Shown here piece by piece: positions 48,701 through 62,876 of a stretch of DNA of 64,000 nt (position 1 is the first letter of the stretch; every line of letters begins with the position of its first letter). The notes under the pieces are model-generated. The model was not told where the DNA came from and did no database searches. It saw only the letters and a list, made by a program, of their open reading frames with translations. The translations under genes were made by a program, and so were the position numbers. The stretch comes from Bispira polyomma (lineage: Eukaryota): the NCBI GenBank assembly GCA_965649765.1, contig OZ287750.1, positions 1,550,001 through 1,614,000 of the forward strand, in the 5' to 3' direction.

Positions 48701-51700
48701 ACAACAATTTTATAGAATCCGTTCTATACAACGAAAACAAGAGAAAGAAATAGAAAACAATAAAGATGGCGGTTTTAACTCCATCCTCCCCCTAAAAACA
48801 CTGGCGTTGTTACATACATATACATATATACTACATGGATTGCTATAACAGACTCTTTTCTTCTACAATAACTATCCCCCAAATCTCTCTCTTTCAGCTG
48901 ATTATAAAGGCACAAAATCCCCCTGTTTTTAAATCATTAAGAATTGCCACAGGGCCGTTAGAAGCCATTTCCTAAAATTATGCCATAGAAATGAAAGATT
49001 TGGATCCATTATTGATTTTTCCATAAAAACAGGGGGCAGAATTGGGGAGGATGGTAAAATTTTAATAAACAATCCCCCTGAAGGGGCGTCTGTTGTTTCC
49101 ACTGAAATGACCACTGGAAAAATATTTCACTGGTCTTTCCTAATTATCCCCAGCCCTTTCATAATGTTGGGTTGCCATGACGATTGGCTTTAAGCTCCTT
49201 TTCATAATTCAATATGATGAAATTGCCTTGCTTTCCGTATAGATTAAAGGTCTAGTTCAATTATAGAAATGTGTGACTGGTGGAAAGAAAAAAATAACGA
49301 ACGCAAAAAAAATGAAGTGGAAATAGATTGAAAAACATCTTCTTTTTTTTATGATTATGATTGAACATACATATACAGTATATATTCCTCGAGAATTTTA
49401 GAACACAGAAAAATGTATATATCAGAAAATATGTATCATCACATGATTGAAAAGCTCTAAATCAACAAAAGCTTTTTAAATGAATAAAAATTGTTCTTGT
49501 TTTTATTTTATGTTTAGGTAAAGTAGTGAGAAAAAACCCCCCAATTTGCCATTAGTTTGATGGGGTATTTTATTGTTTTTACTGAGGGGGCTTTAGTTTG
49601 ATGAGGAGGTAGGTTGGGGTGGGGTAGGGGGGGGGAGGTTTATATAAAGATGAAAAGTGGAGCTTGCTGTATATATGTTGTGGTCTGGGCAGCCGGGGGG
49701 GGGGGGGGGAGTAAAGTAAGGGGAGGACAGGGGAGGGTAAGGCGAAGTGGTGATAGGTTTTAGGAGAGCCTGGGTAAGCACGTTTGTCACTGCTTTAAAA
49801 CCCATTGAATAAAGCATAACTGGACAAAATATCAGCATTGTAATCCCTGTAGCTCATTAAAAGCCCCATTTTGTACGGCTTGGCTGGCCATATATCTTAA
49901 TTCCAGTATTGATTTCTTGTGGTGCTTTAGTTTCTCTGGCCGGGGTTGTAATTCAGAAAAGATGAAAGGAGTACATTGGGCATGTTTTGATGAAATTTAC
50001 TGTGGGGGTATGTTTGAGAAGGGTAGAGAGTATTAGAAGGGGGGGGTGGAGACTACTCCCCCCAAGTTAATGTCTTGTATTGATTTTAATGGTATTTTCT
50101 GGAGATTGCTTGCTGTTTTGTTTTCCGTTATGCATATTTGATAAGCTCTCAATGATATTTCCACCTTCAAACAGACAGATATGCTTTCTAATGAATTTTA
50201 TGTTTTACTTTGGCAGTGGTGAGGAAAATATTGAGAAGAAGAGGGGTTTTAGTGGGGATGGGGGGGTAGTATAGTGGGGGGGGGATAGCAGGCAAGGTAG
50301 CAGGCAAGGCGGTCGGGTTACATGTTACACTCACACTACGGGTGTCATATATGGGGACACTATGATGAATGGTGTCAGATAGGCGTGGTCGCTTGTACCT
50401 AGTCACCCCTTCGGGCCTGCTACTGCTACCTTGAGTACATGTTAGTGTGTGTGTGTGGCTGGGTGTGTGTGTATGGCTGGGTGTGTGTGTGGCTGGGTGT
50501 GTATGGCTGGGTGACTGACTTGTATTCCCTCCCCATTTTCACCAGTTGAATGTTGTGTTATTTTAACATTACCACTGGTTTTAAAGGGTCTTTGTTTCAT
50601 ATACTGTTTATTTATTTTTATGTTTTTTTTTTGAGGTTGGGGGGGTTTGGGGGGGGAGGTGACAGGTCCATAATCTTTCACACTTTGAGTAGTTAGTGTG
50701 TGTAATTTGTGACTCTAGTCCAAGGATATAAGAAGCCCTTGACGCCACTACTCAGATCATTTGTCAGGATTGTAGCTGACATTCTGAGTTTTAATAATGA
50801 TTACAAGCGGCTTATATGAGCCGACTGGACGCAGAAGATTGCTCATTCTGAGGTTGTTTTGTTTGAAAAAAAAATTTAAAAATTCAAATAACAAATTTTT
50901 AAAAAAAAGTAGAAAGAAGCTGCTTTAGTGGAGACTACTTGCATCTCAGTTCATTGTTCGTCAACAAGCATTGCTTTCATGTTTGTTTTTTTCTTTTTTT
51001 GACTTGCATCTGGCACTACAATTTTTTATAAATCATCATCGCTGCATGTCACAAAACCAAACATTCACAAAAATAGAAATTGTTTAAAGTCATATTTTTC
51101 TTGTATTGTTTTTTTTAATTGTTTTGGAAAAACCTTTTGACTTAAAAAAATGACATATAATTTACTTAAATCATGTGATTCAAGCAGTATTTGTAAAGCT
51201 GTTCATGTATATAAAAAACTTTGGTAAAGTTTAAGATTGATGCTGAGGAAAAAAAAAGATCTCCAAGTGATCCAAGTGATTCACTTTGGCCACCCCATTT
51301 TTTCTTACACTCGTTTCTTCTAAAAAAAAATTAAGGATTTTTTTAGGGAGAGGGGGGGGGACACAAAGCAAGAAGTCGTGAATCTCCTGGTAAATACCGG
51401 ATAAGGACAATTTGATGAAAATGAACTCACCTGGTTTTTTATTGTGGGTGTGTTTTTTGTTTTGCCGACACAAAGACGACCCTATAAAACTGGTGGCATG
51501 TTTTACAATTATTTGGAGGGGGAAACCCCGCTTGATTAAGATGAATTTAAGTGATAATGAGTGTGCGGTGCTGAGGGGTTTTACAGGGATGCTGTATGAT
51601 AGACTTAACTGTACTCAATCCTCCCTCTACCAACTCTTTGGAATGACTTACTGGACTAGAACTCATCGCTTTTCATGTGGCCAGCATTTTAAAGCGTTTG

Positions 51701-53099
51701 ATCTGATTGTCCTGGTAATCCCCCTGTAACACAACAAAACGGCTTTAACAGCACAACAACCATTAAGCTGGTTTTTTAAAATGTGTAGGATGGGACTCTG
51801 TGAAAACTGTAATGACAGCCCCAATTTGGCAGCACAAATCTTCATAAAAAAACATGTTTTTCACTTGGGCCCTGTGTATTTTGACACGGGATGAAAGTAC
51901 ACGGGGTGAGAAGGATTAGGGTGGCTAATTTACTCAACTTACCATTTCAAGGCCTCATAATTCGCCTCATAATTCACCGTCCTTTTTGGTTTTAGACAAA
52001 AAAAAAACGAAAATGTTTTTTTATTGTTTTGTAAAAAATGAAGATATTTAGCTTTATGGGAATGTATACCGCTTTAAAGTGTGATTTGAATATTGAATTC
52101 AAAGAAACTAGAATGGTTTGAAGGTCATGTCATGTTTTATTGATGAGTAGCTTAAATTAAAACAGCAAAGTGGAAAGTTACTCCGTAATGAGACTTAAAT
52201 AACGGCGGCTTTTGTTTGTTGTACTTAGTTTTTGTGTAAAAATAAACAACCTCAGTGTTCTACCTTTGTGGCCCTGATTGAACAATGTGCTATCCAGTGA
52301 GTGTTTAGTCCCAATAAAACGCTTCCTCGTTCTAGTTTGAATGAAGTTCAAACAATAAACCTTAATGTATATGTATTGATATAAATAGCAGCATCGGTAT
52401 GTTGACTAAGTATTGGGAATATGGTTTTTATTTGATTTTGGATTTAGGATATTTGGTCATGTTGTGGGGGCCTTGCTGTAACAAGGGGGAAACTATATAA
52501 GGTCCATTACAATATTAATGAATTTAAAGCCAGGATAAATTGTGAGTGTAATTGCTGGAGTCATGTAAATACTGCTTAAAAGAGTTAGCATGTGCCCTTG
52601 AAGGCGAGAGCCCCTTTCTCGTCAACTCAGAAAGTAGTGCAGGTAACTGAGCCGTTTAATTGACATTTCCTGGCTGGGGCCTGAGAAATAATTAATGCAA
52701 ATACTTATTTTTAAGAATATTGTAATTATTTGCAGAAAAAAAAGAAGGAAAAGAAATCAGCATGCGAGAATGTTTCAGAGAACAGACATACAGTGTATTT
52801 TGTTTTTCCTGGGAAATAGTAAGACTTAAATGTCACATTTATTTACTGCGAAATACGGACACACAGTTTGTAAAATATTCATCGCCCTGGAAGCATTTAT
52901 TCGCATACATATGTGACCTTGACCTGGTACCTATTTGACCTAAAAGATCCTTCTGTGGAGTTCGGCCATTTGTTGTATTTGTTACCTATTAAAGATACAA
53001 CCCTTTTAATAGCTTTCTTTTGTGAATGTATGGTTGCTGAACTTTATATACATGAAGCATCTGAGGTCATAGAATAATCCATTAAAATTTTTAAGAATA

Positions 53100-53190
53100 T
53101 GAATCTGGGTTGGATATGGATCCACAAATTGTTTTCATTATTTGGCACTGGTTGGTAGAGGTATGAGCTCTATGGATCGGCCCTTGTACT
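53100..53190 (+). mobile_element. Terminal fragment of the HINE-like family at 35685-36280
   Basis: ttggtagaggtatgagctctatggatcggcccttgtactt resembles the reverse complement of 35685-35722. Confidence 0.45.
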
Positions 53191-54919
53191 TTTAAAATAC
53201 ATTTCATTGTCAAAATACCCATATAGCAAAATAAAAGCTGTTTGAACTATTAGGATGGATAAAGAAAACCATTAAAATGCCCTGCTAACAGTCGAGCTGT
53301 TTGATATTCTTGGCTTAATATTATTCTGACCGAAGCTCGGCAATCCATCATTTACGTATTACACCTGATCATTAAAATTTTTGCAAAACAAAAAAAAAAA
53401 TGATACTCATCACAAAATAATTAATGTAGTTTTAAGAATATAAGAAATAGTCAATGAGCCTTTCAAAGTGACTGGCTTTCACTGCTTCTAGTTTGGAATA
53501 ATTAAATGACAAAATAACGATCTGATTGCATGCAAGGGGGTAGTTCTGGATAAAAATACCTTGTATGCGAGTTATTTGAAATGCCATTTCAAATCCTTGG
53601 TATCAATAAATAATCAAATTACACTTGTTCCCAGTATGTAATAATGCTTGTACTGAGAGGCATATTCTGCGCTCAATGTGCAGTATAGGGAAGTGAAGAT
53701 ATTGTAATTTAGCATATAGCAAGACGGCCTATGAAGCTCCTTTCTAGGGAATTAGTATGTTATTAGAGTTGAGGTATTGAGTAAAGAATGATTTCAAATT
53801 CACCACATCCCAGAACCTCTATTTTCTGAACATGTCGGATAATAAGAGGGTAAATAAATACTAAAAAATAGAAGAAGAAGCATGTTAGTTTAAAACCATC
53901 TGAAAATGTCAAATTGGGGGGAGTCAAAGATTGGATTGGAAGTTTGATATAAGAGTTTGGACAATAGAAGTTGTACTGTATAGAACCTTTGTTACCTGTT
54001 ACAATGTCTTAACGATCAAATAATGATTGTTGGTTTTATACTTTACGACAATAAGGCCAAGTGTAAATAGGTCCGATTTGTTGTCTTATTTATCTTTATG
54101 ATAAATATCTCTATTTATCGACACAGTAACTTGATTTATTGAGACACCCACAATCTCGATAATATAATATTGACAGTAGCTGCATAAAACAACTTTTCAT
54201 GATTTTTATAAAAACCAGCGTGTACTACTTTGGCCAATTTATGGAATATTTTCAAATCCTTCTTTCCAAAGCAACCTTTCTTATATCGCAAACTTTCACA
54301 GAAATCCTTGAAACCTCCTTAACATACCACACACAGGTATTAAGTGTTTAAACACAAATATCCATAGAGGGGCAGGTGGGGATGGGGGAGGTTTATTACA
54401 ATCTTTGATTGTGTTATAAATCTATACATATATATAGCAAAAACAGACAAGAGTTGTTTTTTTAAAAAGACTATGGCGCATAGTGTGACTGACACCCATC
54501 AGTTTGGCCAGGTCGATTGCTTCAAACCAATCCATGGAGGTCTTACATATTTCAACATGGTGACTGTGACTAATAATATAAATTTGACACAAAAATATGT
54601 AACACAACCTCCCATCAGTGAAGAATGCTTTAGTGCAGATATCTTCCATTTCTCATGCTTGGGGTTTCATTGAGACGATTTACCCCAAAGTGTGTAAAGT
54701 TTTCACCCCATTATAAGAGAAGCCAGGTGGTGGGGCTGCCTTTCATGTGACACAAGTCAAAAAGGTGGGACCCTGCCCCCCCCCCCCCCCCCCTTAATGG
54801 CAATGGTGGACCCCCCTCCCCCTCCCACAAGGCAAAGGTGAAGAGTCCCCTTCTCATACATGCAGCATCCATTGTGTGTCACTGTGTCAACACATCTACA
54901 GGAAGCTGGTGTGTGTGTG

Positions 54920-55031
54920 TGTGTGAGGAGGGCTGACTTCTGGCCGGGCATGCGAGACACTGCAACTGGCATGCCTTTGTGTGAAGGGGGGGCTGACTTC
55001 TGGCCGGGCATGCGAGACACTGGCATGCCTT
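54920..55031. repeat. 60-bp-period GC-rich direct duplication
   Basis: gggctgacttctggccgggcatgcgagacactg occurs twice. Confidence 0.9.
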
Positions 55032-55715
55032 AACTAGACATCTGCTGGAATGAACTAAAGGACTTTAGTCTTAAGTTAGTCTGAAGCTTAATGTTGATGT
55101 GTCTGAAGTATGGTAAGGACTGTCTTACTGGTAGTCCAAGTGTTCTGTGTAAAGTTAGCACTAAACAAAGATCTTTTGTTTAGTTTATTTGATTCATATA
55201 ATCGTATATACAATTACAAGCATCATTGTAATACAGTTTAATAACAAACTAAACATTACATTCAAATAAAAATTACGATTAAATTAAAATGAAAAAACAA
55301 CAAAATAACTGTTCAGTGTGTAGACTCAGAATTAATAATCAGTTTTATCTGATCTCTATTAAACATTACATCATTCATTGGCTCTTTTAGATTTAACATA
55401 TCAGCTTAATGTCACTGGGGGATTTAAGATTAAAATCTTAACATTTGACGATAAAATCAAAGACCAAAATCTTTAGCTAAAGAATAAGTAAAGACCAAGA
55501 GGATTTTGTGAATACGGCTCTTGTGACACTGGAGCTCTTCTATGTGTGTACAATACAGTAGGAGTCTGTGTAACTAGGATAGAAGTGGAATTCTTCTAGA
55601 ACTAGAATTAATTCTCTGCTCCTACATTCACACATACTCATTTTACAGTAGGTCTAAGTAGAAGTTTTTGTTAAGTAGAACCAAATGGGGTGGATATGAT
55701 AGATCTTTCACCTCC

Positions 55716-55790
55716 CTAATTGATGCCAGGCATCTTCTTAAGCGCAGCATCATCGACAAAGTTGTAAAAATCATAGATATATCCGACTTT
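55716..55790 (-). mobile_element. L2 3'-UTR fragment
   Basis: ctaattgatgc...aagcgcagcatcatcgacaaagttgtaaaaatcatag matches 39118-39178. Confidence 0.65.
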
Positions 55791-56772
55791 CCACTTATAG
55801 GAGAGTCTATGTTATGTATTTGTAATTAAGCTGTCATGTTTGTTCTGAACAAATAGATAAATTTCACAATTTTTACAATAGTCAAACTGGCAGTGGTCTT
55901 GTATTTCTATTTCACTACCTTTTTAAAAATGTCCATGTTTTTAACAGAACTCAGTTGAAACAAGACATGAATATTTCATTAATGGGACCTGAACTTTTTA
56001 AACCTTTCTCCCCCCTAAAACACTGAGTAGGTCCGTTGGGGATATTGTGGGGAAACAAGTAGAATAATGTGATAATGTACAAATAAGGAGGGTTGAGGTA
56101 CAAAAAACAACAAACTGCAGATAAAAGTAAAGGACGTGAAAAGAAGCTGGTTTTTGTCTTAAAAAGCTAATAAACTTAAGTGAATAAAGAAACAAAAATT
56201 CTGTTAAAGTCGCGTTTTTAGATCCCTTTATGTTATTTGGCTAAATTCAATTTGTCAGCAATTTAACGCAGCCAGTTTTGAGTTAGTTGTACAAACAGCG
56301 GGATTTATGACTTCTAGTATTTTTAATCATTCACTGTTTTTATTGTTTTTGTCATATGTTGACATTTTAAGTGCATATAAAGTGTGGGTACTGACTTTAT
56401 ATAAAATTCGTAATGATTTGTCACAAAGTGTTCCTGTTTGGAAAACACATTTACTGCCATTAGTTTCAGCTGAACTGAATCAATGGTAATAGAAAGCTTA
56501 GTACAGGTGAAGCCTGACATCAGGATTCTTAAAAATAGCCACCTTTTTCAAAATTCACCACTAATTTAAACTTTATTGAATTCTAGGCACAAATGCTTGA
56601 TATATTCCTTTTAATGTTTCTATATTTTACAATACAAAGCTCGTTTTATATCACATTATCACTTGATTTGGGTGCATGTAACATCAGAACCTCTATTATC
56701 TGAACATCTTAGAAGAGAGCAAGATCTTGTTCAGATTACAGAAGGTTCATCAAATTTGAGAGAATGGAAATA

Positions 56773-57203
56773 CTGTAATGTCTCTAATAAGCGCCTCTGG
56801 GGCTTTGCGTGTTTTCAAACAGAGGGCTGTTATTAAAGTATCAGTTTAAAGTGACTTCTAAGCTCTCTGGTGGGCTGGAGGGTATTGTATTTGTTTTACA
56901 TTGTATGTTATTTTGGTTCATACACATGTCACTATAATAAAAAAAATTTAATTGAATTGTTAAAACAAATCATAGTAGTATGTTTTAAACAGTTGAACTG
57001 TCTACAGAATGTCACTGATTCTTCACTATTAGGTCAATGCATGCTGACCTGCATTATCATACAATTATCTAATAGTACATGTCAGTATTTTAATACATGT
57101 GTATTTTCAATATTTTAGAGTATTACCTGTCGTAATATTGGTATTTACTGATCTAACGAAAAATTGCTTTAAAATGGGGCTATCATTATTATAGAAAATA
57201 CGG
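56773..57203. mobile_element. Tc1/pogo-like MITE, TA TSD, degenerate
   Basis: ta|ctgtaatgtctctaataa ... ttattatagaaaatacgg|ta. Confidence 0.5.
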
Positions 57204-58435
57204 TATATACTATTAATTCAAATTTTTGGAAAATAGAAGTTTGGATGCTAGAGGTGGTACACCTGCCGATTTACAGAAACAGGGCATATTTGAGCTGGTT
57301 TACGCTATTGGTGGGTATTGACAAGTGGGGTGCAGTGAACTCAAATTACTGAAGTATTTATTACAATAGCAGTTGTGGGGGGGGGGGGGGGGGATGTAGT
57401 GGCTAATCACCATATCACTGATGTCTCTAATTAATACATATTGTGAATTGATACAAACCAGCAGACATCATGATCACCCAGCCCACCCTATTGAAAGCAA
57501 CATTAAAAGAGACAAACCCATTTTGTATATGAATAATAAATGCTCTGTAATAGACCTCTGGCTTAATGATTGCACTCTAATAGTTCAGAGTGAAAATGTC
57601 TTCAAAAACTTATTGTTTTATACAAATCCTTTGTTGGTGTGATGGTTTTTTTTTTTCACTCATTATGGTGTATAATTAAGAATGGGAATCTAATTTCACC
57701 CTGATCTGATCATAAATACTGGTTATAATTGTGATACACATTACCAGTCAAATATCGTTCTGGAAAGGGCACTCAATTATTTCTAATTATTGATCCTTTC
57801 TTTTTGGATTTTTATTTGTTTTAAAATTGATTCAAACAGAAAAAGGGAACCCACCTCAATAAATATGTCTTTCTACTGGTAGAGTGGATCTGGCTTTATG
57901 CATTTTTAGCCCCTGGACTTTGGGGAGTATGTAAATGATTCCTCTTCAGAGCTTTTAACCAGAAGTCCTGGCCCCACTGTACACCATTGTATAGAATTGA
58001 AAACACTGGCTATAACCACTGTGGTATATGGCCGTACAGCCGGCTGGTGTCTGAATTGAATTGCATGTGGTGGAAACTTAGCATATGAGCCCTCTTCTCA
58101 ATTATTGAATATTGAACTCCCTTGGCTACTCTTACAAAATTGAAATGGGTAGTATTGAGCACTAATGTTGTGTAGAAGGGGAGGGTATGGGGGGGGGACA
58201 TTATACATAGAGATACCAAGCCGAAAAATATTTAATCAAGTTATGGCGCTTTTTGTTGTCTGTAGAAAACTGAGCACATTTATAAAGCCCTCCAGATGAT
58301 GCTCAAAATGCTGAAAAAAAAAACAAATAAAAATACCCTGAAATATATATTTGTTTCTTTTTTCTTTTTTCTGGACAATAGAATGGGCTTTTTTCATTGG
58401 TGGAATTTCTAATTATCACCTGTCTGCTTCAAAGC

Positions 58436-58467
<32 letters not shown>

Positions 58468-58473
58468 GTTTAA

Positions 58474-58915
58474 GTGAACGTTTCCATGCAGGCAACTTTC
58501 TGAGGTAACCAGCCGACGTATAACAGGCAATTTTCAATTTTTATGTTTCTATACAATATTTGAGAAAATCGATACCTGTATTTAAACCTGAATATCTCAG
58601 CCATTTCTCAACCGATTTTGATGCAACAAAAAGCACAATATACCTGATAAAATAAGCTTTCATACTATATTTTCATTAAATTTATAACTTCAGTAATTTT
58701 TGAGTTATTTAAAAAAACGGCAATGTTTACAAGGCGACGGGCAATGCCAGGCGATTTTTTTTCGCTCCTAGTACCGAACAAATCGCCTGGCATTGCCTGT
58801 CGCCTATCGGCGTTGCTCACATGGAAACACTTGGTTATAAATCAATGAAACTGATAGAATCGCCGTCGGCCGTCGCCTGATCACCTCAGAAAGTTGCCTG
58901 CATGGAAACGCACAC
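58474..58915. mobile_element. Harbinger-like MITE, ~45-bp TIRs, TAA TSD
   Basis: taa|gtgaacgtttccatgcaggcaactttctgaggt ... acctcagaaagttgcctgcatggaaacgcacac|taa; internal inverted repeat gcaatgccaggcgattt / aaatcgcctggcattgc. Confidence 0.88.
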
Positions 58916-60748
58916 TAACACTTTGGGTTTTTTAATTTGTTTTCCCTCCTTCTGAAGACCCGCCCATTGTTGTGAAGTCAGTTGAAAACGTCTTGTTACA
59001 TCAATTTTGCAGCTCCATTGTTGGTGGTGAATTAGGTGAGAACGTTAAGGCTAGTCTGGGTGGGGACGTTAAGGGTAGCCTGGGTGAGAACGTTAAGGCT
59101 AGTCTGGGTGGGGTGTGTTTTTTTAGAGGCAGCCAGCTTTAAATTAGTCTGAGTCTTTTTGACATGTAGAATTGCTAAAATGACGAAGTCATAACCCAAA
59201 CCCTGAAAGCACACTGGGTTTTGTATATAACATACAGAACAAAAGTCTGCGTGGATTGAAGGTGGATTAGTTTTGATCGCTGACTAAAGTAACAACTCCC
59301 CCACCCCCCATATATACGAGAGTCTGTAGCGGGGTACTGTAATGCTTAGGGCTTCAACGGGTCATGTATACCTCATTAAATTCAACACAATATTGCTTTC
59401 CCAGGAAGTGAAGAAAAGCCCCCCCCCCCCCCCCCACCTCCTCTCCCTGTCTCACCCCAGTAACCCCCCCCCTCCCCCCCCCCCCCAAAAAAAAAAAACA
59501 AAAAAAAACCACAAATAAAAGATAAGGAAAAAAAAAATTTCCGAGACAAGCAACTAAGTATCAAATATGGCTAGAATCCCTCACAAGCCCCATTCATCAC
59601 CCCGTTTTATTGTTTCCACAATCTTGGCTAAAACTGTAGAAAGCGTGTGTCCCTTTGTAAAAACTCCCCTCTCAAAACCTAAAGCCCATTTATCATAGGG
59701 CTATTTCAAAGGACATTGTCAAAACTATGGCCTTTTCACTCTCCAGTTGCCCTTAAAAAAAATTTCACCCCCACACCCCTTCCCTTTTTGTAAATTCAAG
59801 TCACTTTTCAATAATCCTGGATTTTCATTTTGATTCTCATTTTGTTGGCATGGTAATGTTCTACAGCCGACCGACGTCTTTGAAAATGCAATTTGAGCTG
59901 GCCACTGACAAGCCATCAAATTCTTAGGTTCAGATGCTATTCAAAATGAAGTTGTTTGGCTGGTTTTTTTTATGCATACTATAAGACTTTGCTTTTGCCG
60001 CCCCGGCCTAAATTTTATTCTATTATGACAAAAGCAGAAGAGAAAGGAGCCCGAATGTGTTATACAGGGCATTTACAAGTAAGGGAAAAAAGGAGTAGTA
60101 GGGAAAAAAAAGAATAAATAAATAAATCCTGAGTGACGGAGAAAAAAGTTAGCGGTGACACATGCATAAATTGCAAGTACTCTTATTTCACAACAAATTT
60201 CAATCTTTTTCTTGTTGGCCGATTGTATTAAGAAAGGCATAAATAACGTGATTATGGTGTATAATGAGAGGGGTATGGCGTGTAATTTCTCTGCTTGTGT
60301 CTTAAGGAGAGAAAAGATTAAATGAGCTCGGATGTAAAAGGCGAGAGAGAGACTGGGCCTGTGAGTGGCCTGGCACTTCATTACAATGGACTGTGTCTCT
60401 AACTCTGATGGTAGGGGGACCACACCCTACTGCCATTAGCATGTAGAGACTACCTAGAACTGGCCACTGTGTGTGTGTGTGTGAGAGTGGCCAAAATAAA
60501 AAGTATTGACGTCCACTGCTTTTCTTTCTTGCAATTCATTTTAATATCTAAGCTTCAGAATTTTGAGAGGTCCGGTCCGTCCAGTTTTTTTTTTTTTTTT
60601 ATGTCACTTAAGTTTTTTTTACACTGCTGCCCTGAAGAGGACATAGTTAGTGTATGGGTGTAAGAGTTTCACTGGGAATTCATAATATTAGCTTATCAGT
60701 TGGGACCAGTCAAAATTTATTCCCTATTCCCTAGTGAAAACTTGTATA

Positions 60749-61090
60749 CAGTCAAACCCCTTTAAGTAGAACTCTGATAAGTGGAATTACCTGTATTAAG
60801 TAGAAGTTATTTTAAGGTCCAAGTGTCCCTATATTTCCAATTAAAATTTACCGTTTAGCAGACAACTTATTTGTTTATCATAACATTTAATAAAAACTTG
60901 TATACAGTCAAATCTCTTTATGTAGAACTCTGATAAGTGGAATTACCTGTTAAGTAGAAGTTATTTTAGGCCACATTGCTATGTTTTTAATTTTAAAATT
61001 TACCCGGTTAAGTAGAATTTATTAAAACAAATTTGTTTAGTAGAACAAATTTCTATGGTCCTTTCAGATTCGACTTCACATGGTCTACTG
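60749..61090. mobile_element. Tigger-like MITE with a duplicated left half
   Basis: ta|cagtcaaa... at 60749 and 60905; right end tctactg|ta. Confidence 0.7.
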
Positions 61091-62396
61091 TATTTTTGTT
61101 TGGCTTATAAGTTGGGACTGAATTATTATTTCCCCATTATAAACTCGTATTGATATATGTTTACTACACAATGAGTCAATGAGTGAAAATAAATTCCACT
61201 GAACTTCATTCTCTCAAAAGTAAAATTTTTTTTTAAATTTAGTGACATTTTTTTATGTTCACCTACACTCTAGTCAACAACAGACAATGACCACCATAAT
61301 AATGATGTCGTTTAAGTGGCATGTTATCGCAAAATAATCAGTACTGTCTAAATTGTAGCTCTGGTATGAAAAGATGGCCGGAAAAAAACCAAATGATGAT
61401 AGTAATAAACAAGAATCGTCTTTTAAAAAAGAAACAGGCGCACTGTGTGAAATACACTTACATTGATATAGCCACTGTGTATACTTAGACAAATCTAACA
61501 CCCTTTCAGCTTGGACAGGTCGATTGGTTTCAACCAATCCATAATAGCCTTACATATATTTAAAAGATGGTGGCACTTTTTCAGAATGAAAAGAATATCA
61601 GGCTGTGACTGATAAAAATATGAGGAGGTCAAAGCCAACCTTTACTTGTGTGTGTACTTGGTCACCTGTTTATAATAATGGTCGCTATGACGACATTCAG
61701 TGACTCCCCCCCCCCCCCCCCCTTCCCTAGAAGTAGAATAAGGACGAGGGGTGAGAGAAATAAATAAAATTGCAGTTTCATCAATGGTGGCATTTTCTGT
61801 GGAATTGGTTGCGTAAGAGAGAGAGTATGAATTTGAATGCAAATGGCATTTTGTCCCTGTTGCCCGAGTTGTGATTTAATTTTAATGTTGATTCTCTCCT
61901 TTTTGGTTGGACCTTTTTACTCACAGCTGCTTGTGAAGGTTGTGGGTCCCACTTATAATAACTCCTGGCCAAATTACATTTGCACACACATCACTTTCTG
62001 CCCCAATATTATAAAGCAAGGCTGTTGTCTTTTGTGTGTGTGCGTCTCTTTTTATGAAGCTTTTTCTTTTGTAATTTTTTTTTTTGTGTGTTTTGTTTGG
62101 TCCTTTTATTATTTCACTTTAGTGCTTGTTTAGAGGGTTTAATGATTTAATTAGCGACTTTACAAAAAGGGGGAGATATGACTGTCACCAGTAAGGTGGT
62201 CGTTTTTGTCTACAATGGGGCAGGTTTTTTTCAGTTGTTATCAAACGAGAAAGTTAATAAATACTGCATTTAATACAACTCTATTGACAAAGTTATTTTC
62301 CCCCCTTATGTCCAAACAAACTTGTATAGGTCACACACAAAAGCCTTTTCCTGAAATTCAGGCCTTTTAAGTGGAAATCATGCTTGAGTAGAGGTA

Positions 62397-62572
62397 AAGT
62401 ATCCAAACTTCTATCATCAAAATATTCAATTTTATCAACACAGTTTCACTCTCCCAAATTTTAATATTCTTATTGATTTATATACTAAAATACCTCTTCT
62501 CTTTTATGAACATCCTATTATCCATACAAAATCTTACTTTCCCAGCGTGTACGGATAATAGAGGTTCCACTG
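62397..62572. mobile_element. Tigger-like MITE
   Basis: Right TIR cggataatagaggttccactg|ta; interior matches the copies at 6028 and 9460. Confidence 0.65.
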
Positions 62573-62876
62573 TATTATTCCTGCAGGGGCTATATTCAAA
62601 AACAGTATTAGGATAGAACTCTTGGAATTTTCTTGGTCTCACCCAATGAAATTTTTTGACGCAATATTTTCAACCAATCAAATTCCTCGAGACAAAAATT
62701 GAAGACTAAGAATCCAGCCCTGGGTTCTTGTTACTGTTCCACCCGATTAATTTCATGGCAGTAAAATGACTATACAGTCAAACCCCTTTAATAAAAATAT
62801 AGTAAGTAGAGTTAGAGTTACCTGTTAATTAGAAGTTGTTTTAAGGTCACATTGCTATATTTCTAATTATAAGGAG

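Noticed and set aside
62587-62720. Third CAG-type Harbinger MITE (gggctatattc...gaatccagccc)
   Set aside because: TIR is short and imperfect and the TSD does not match.
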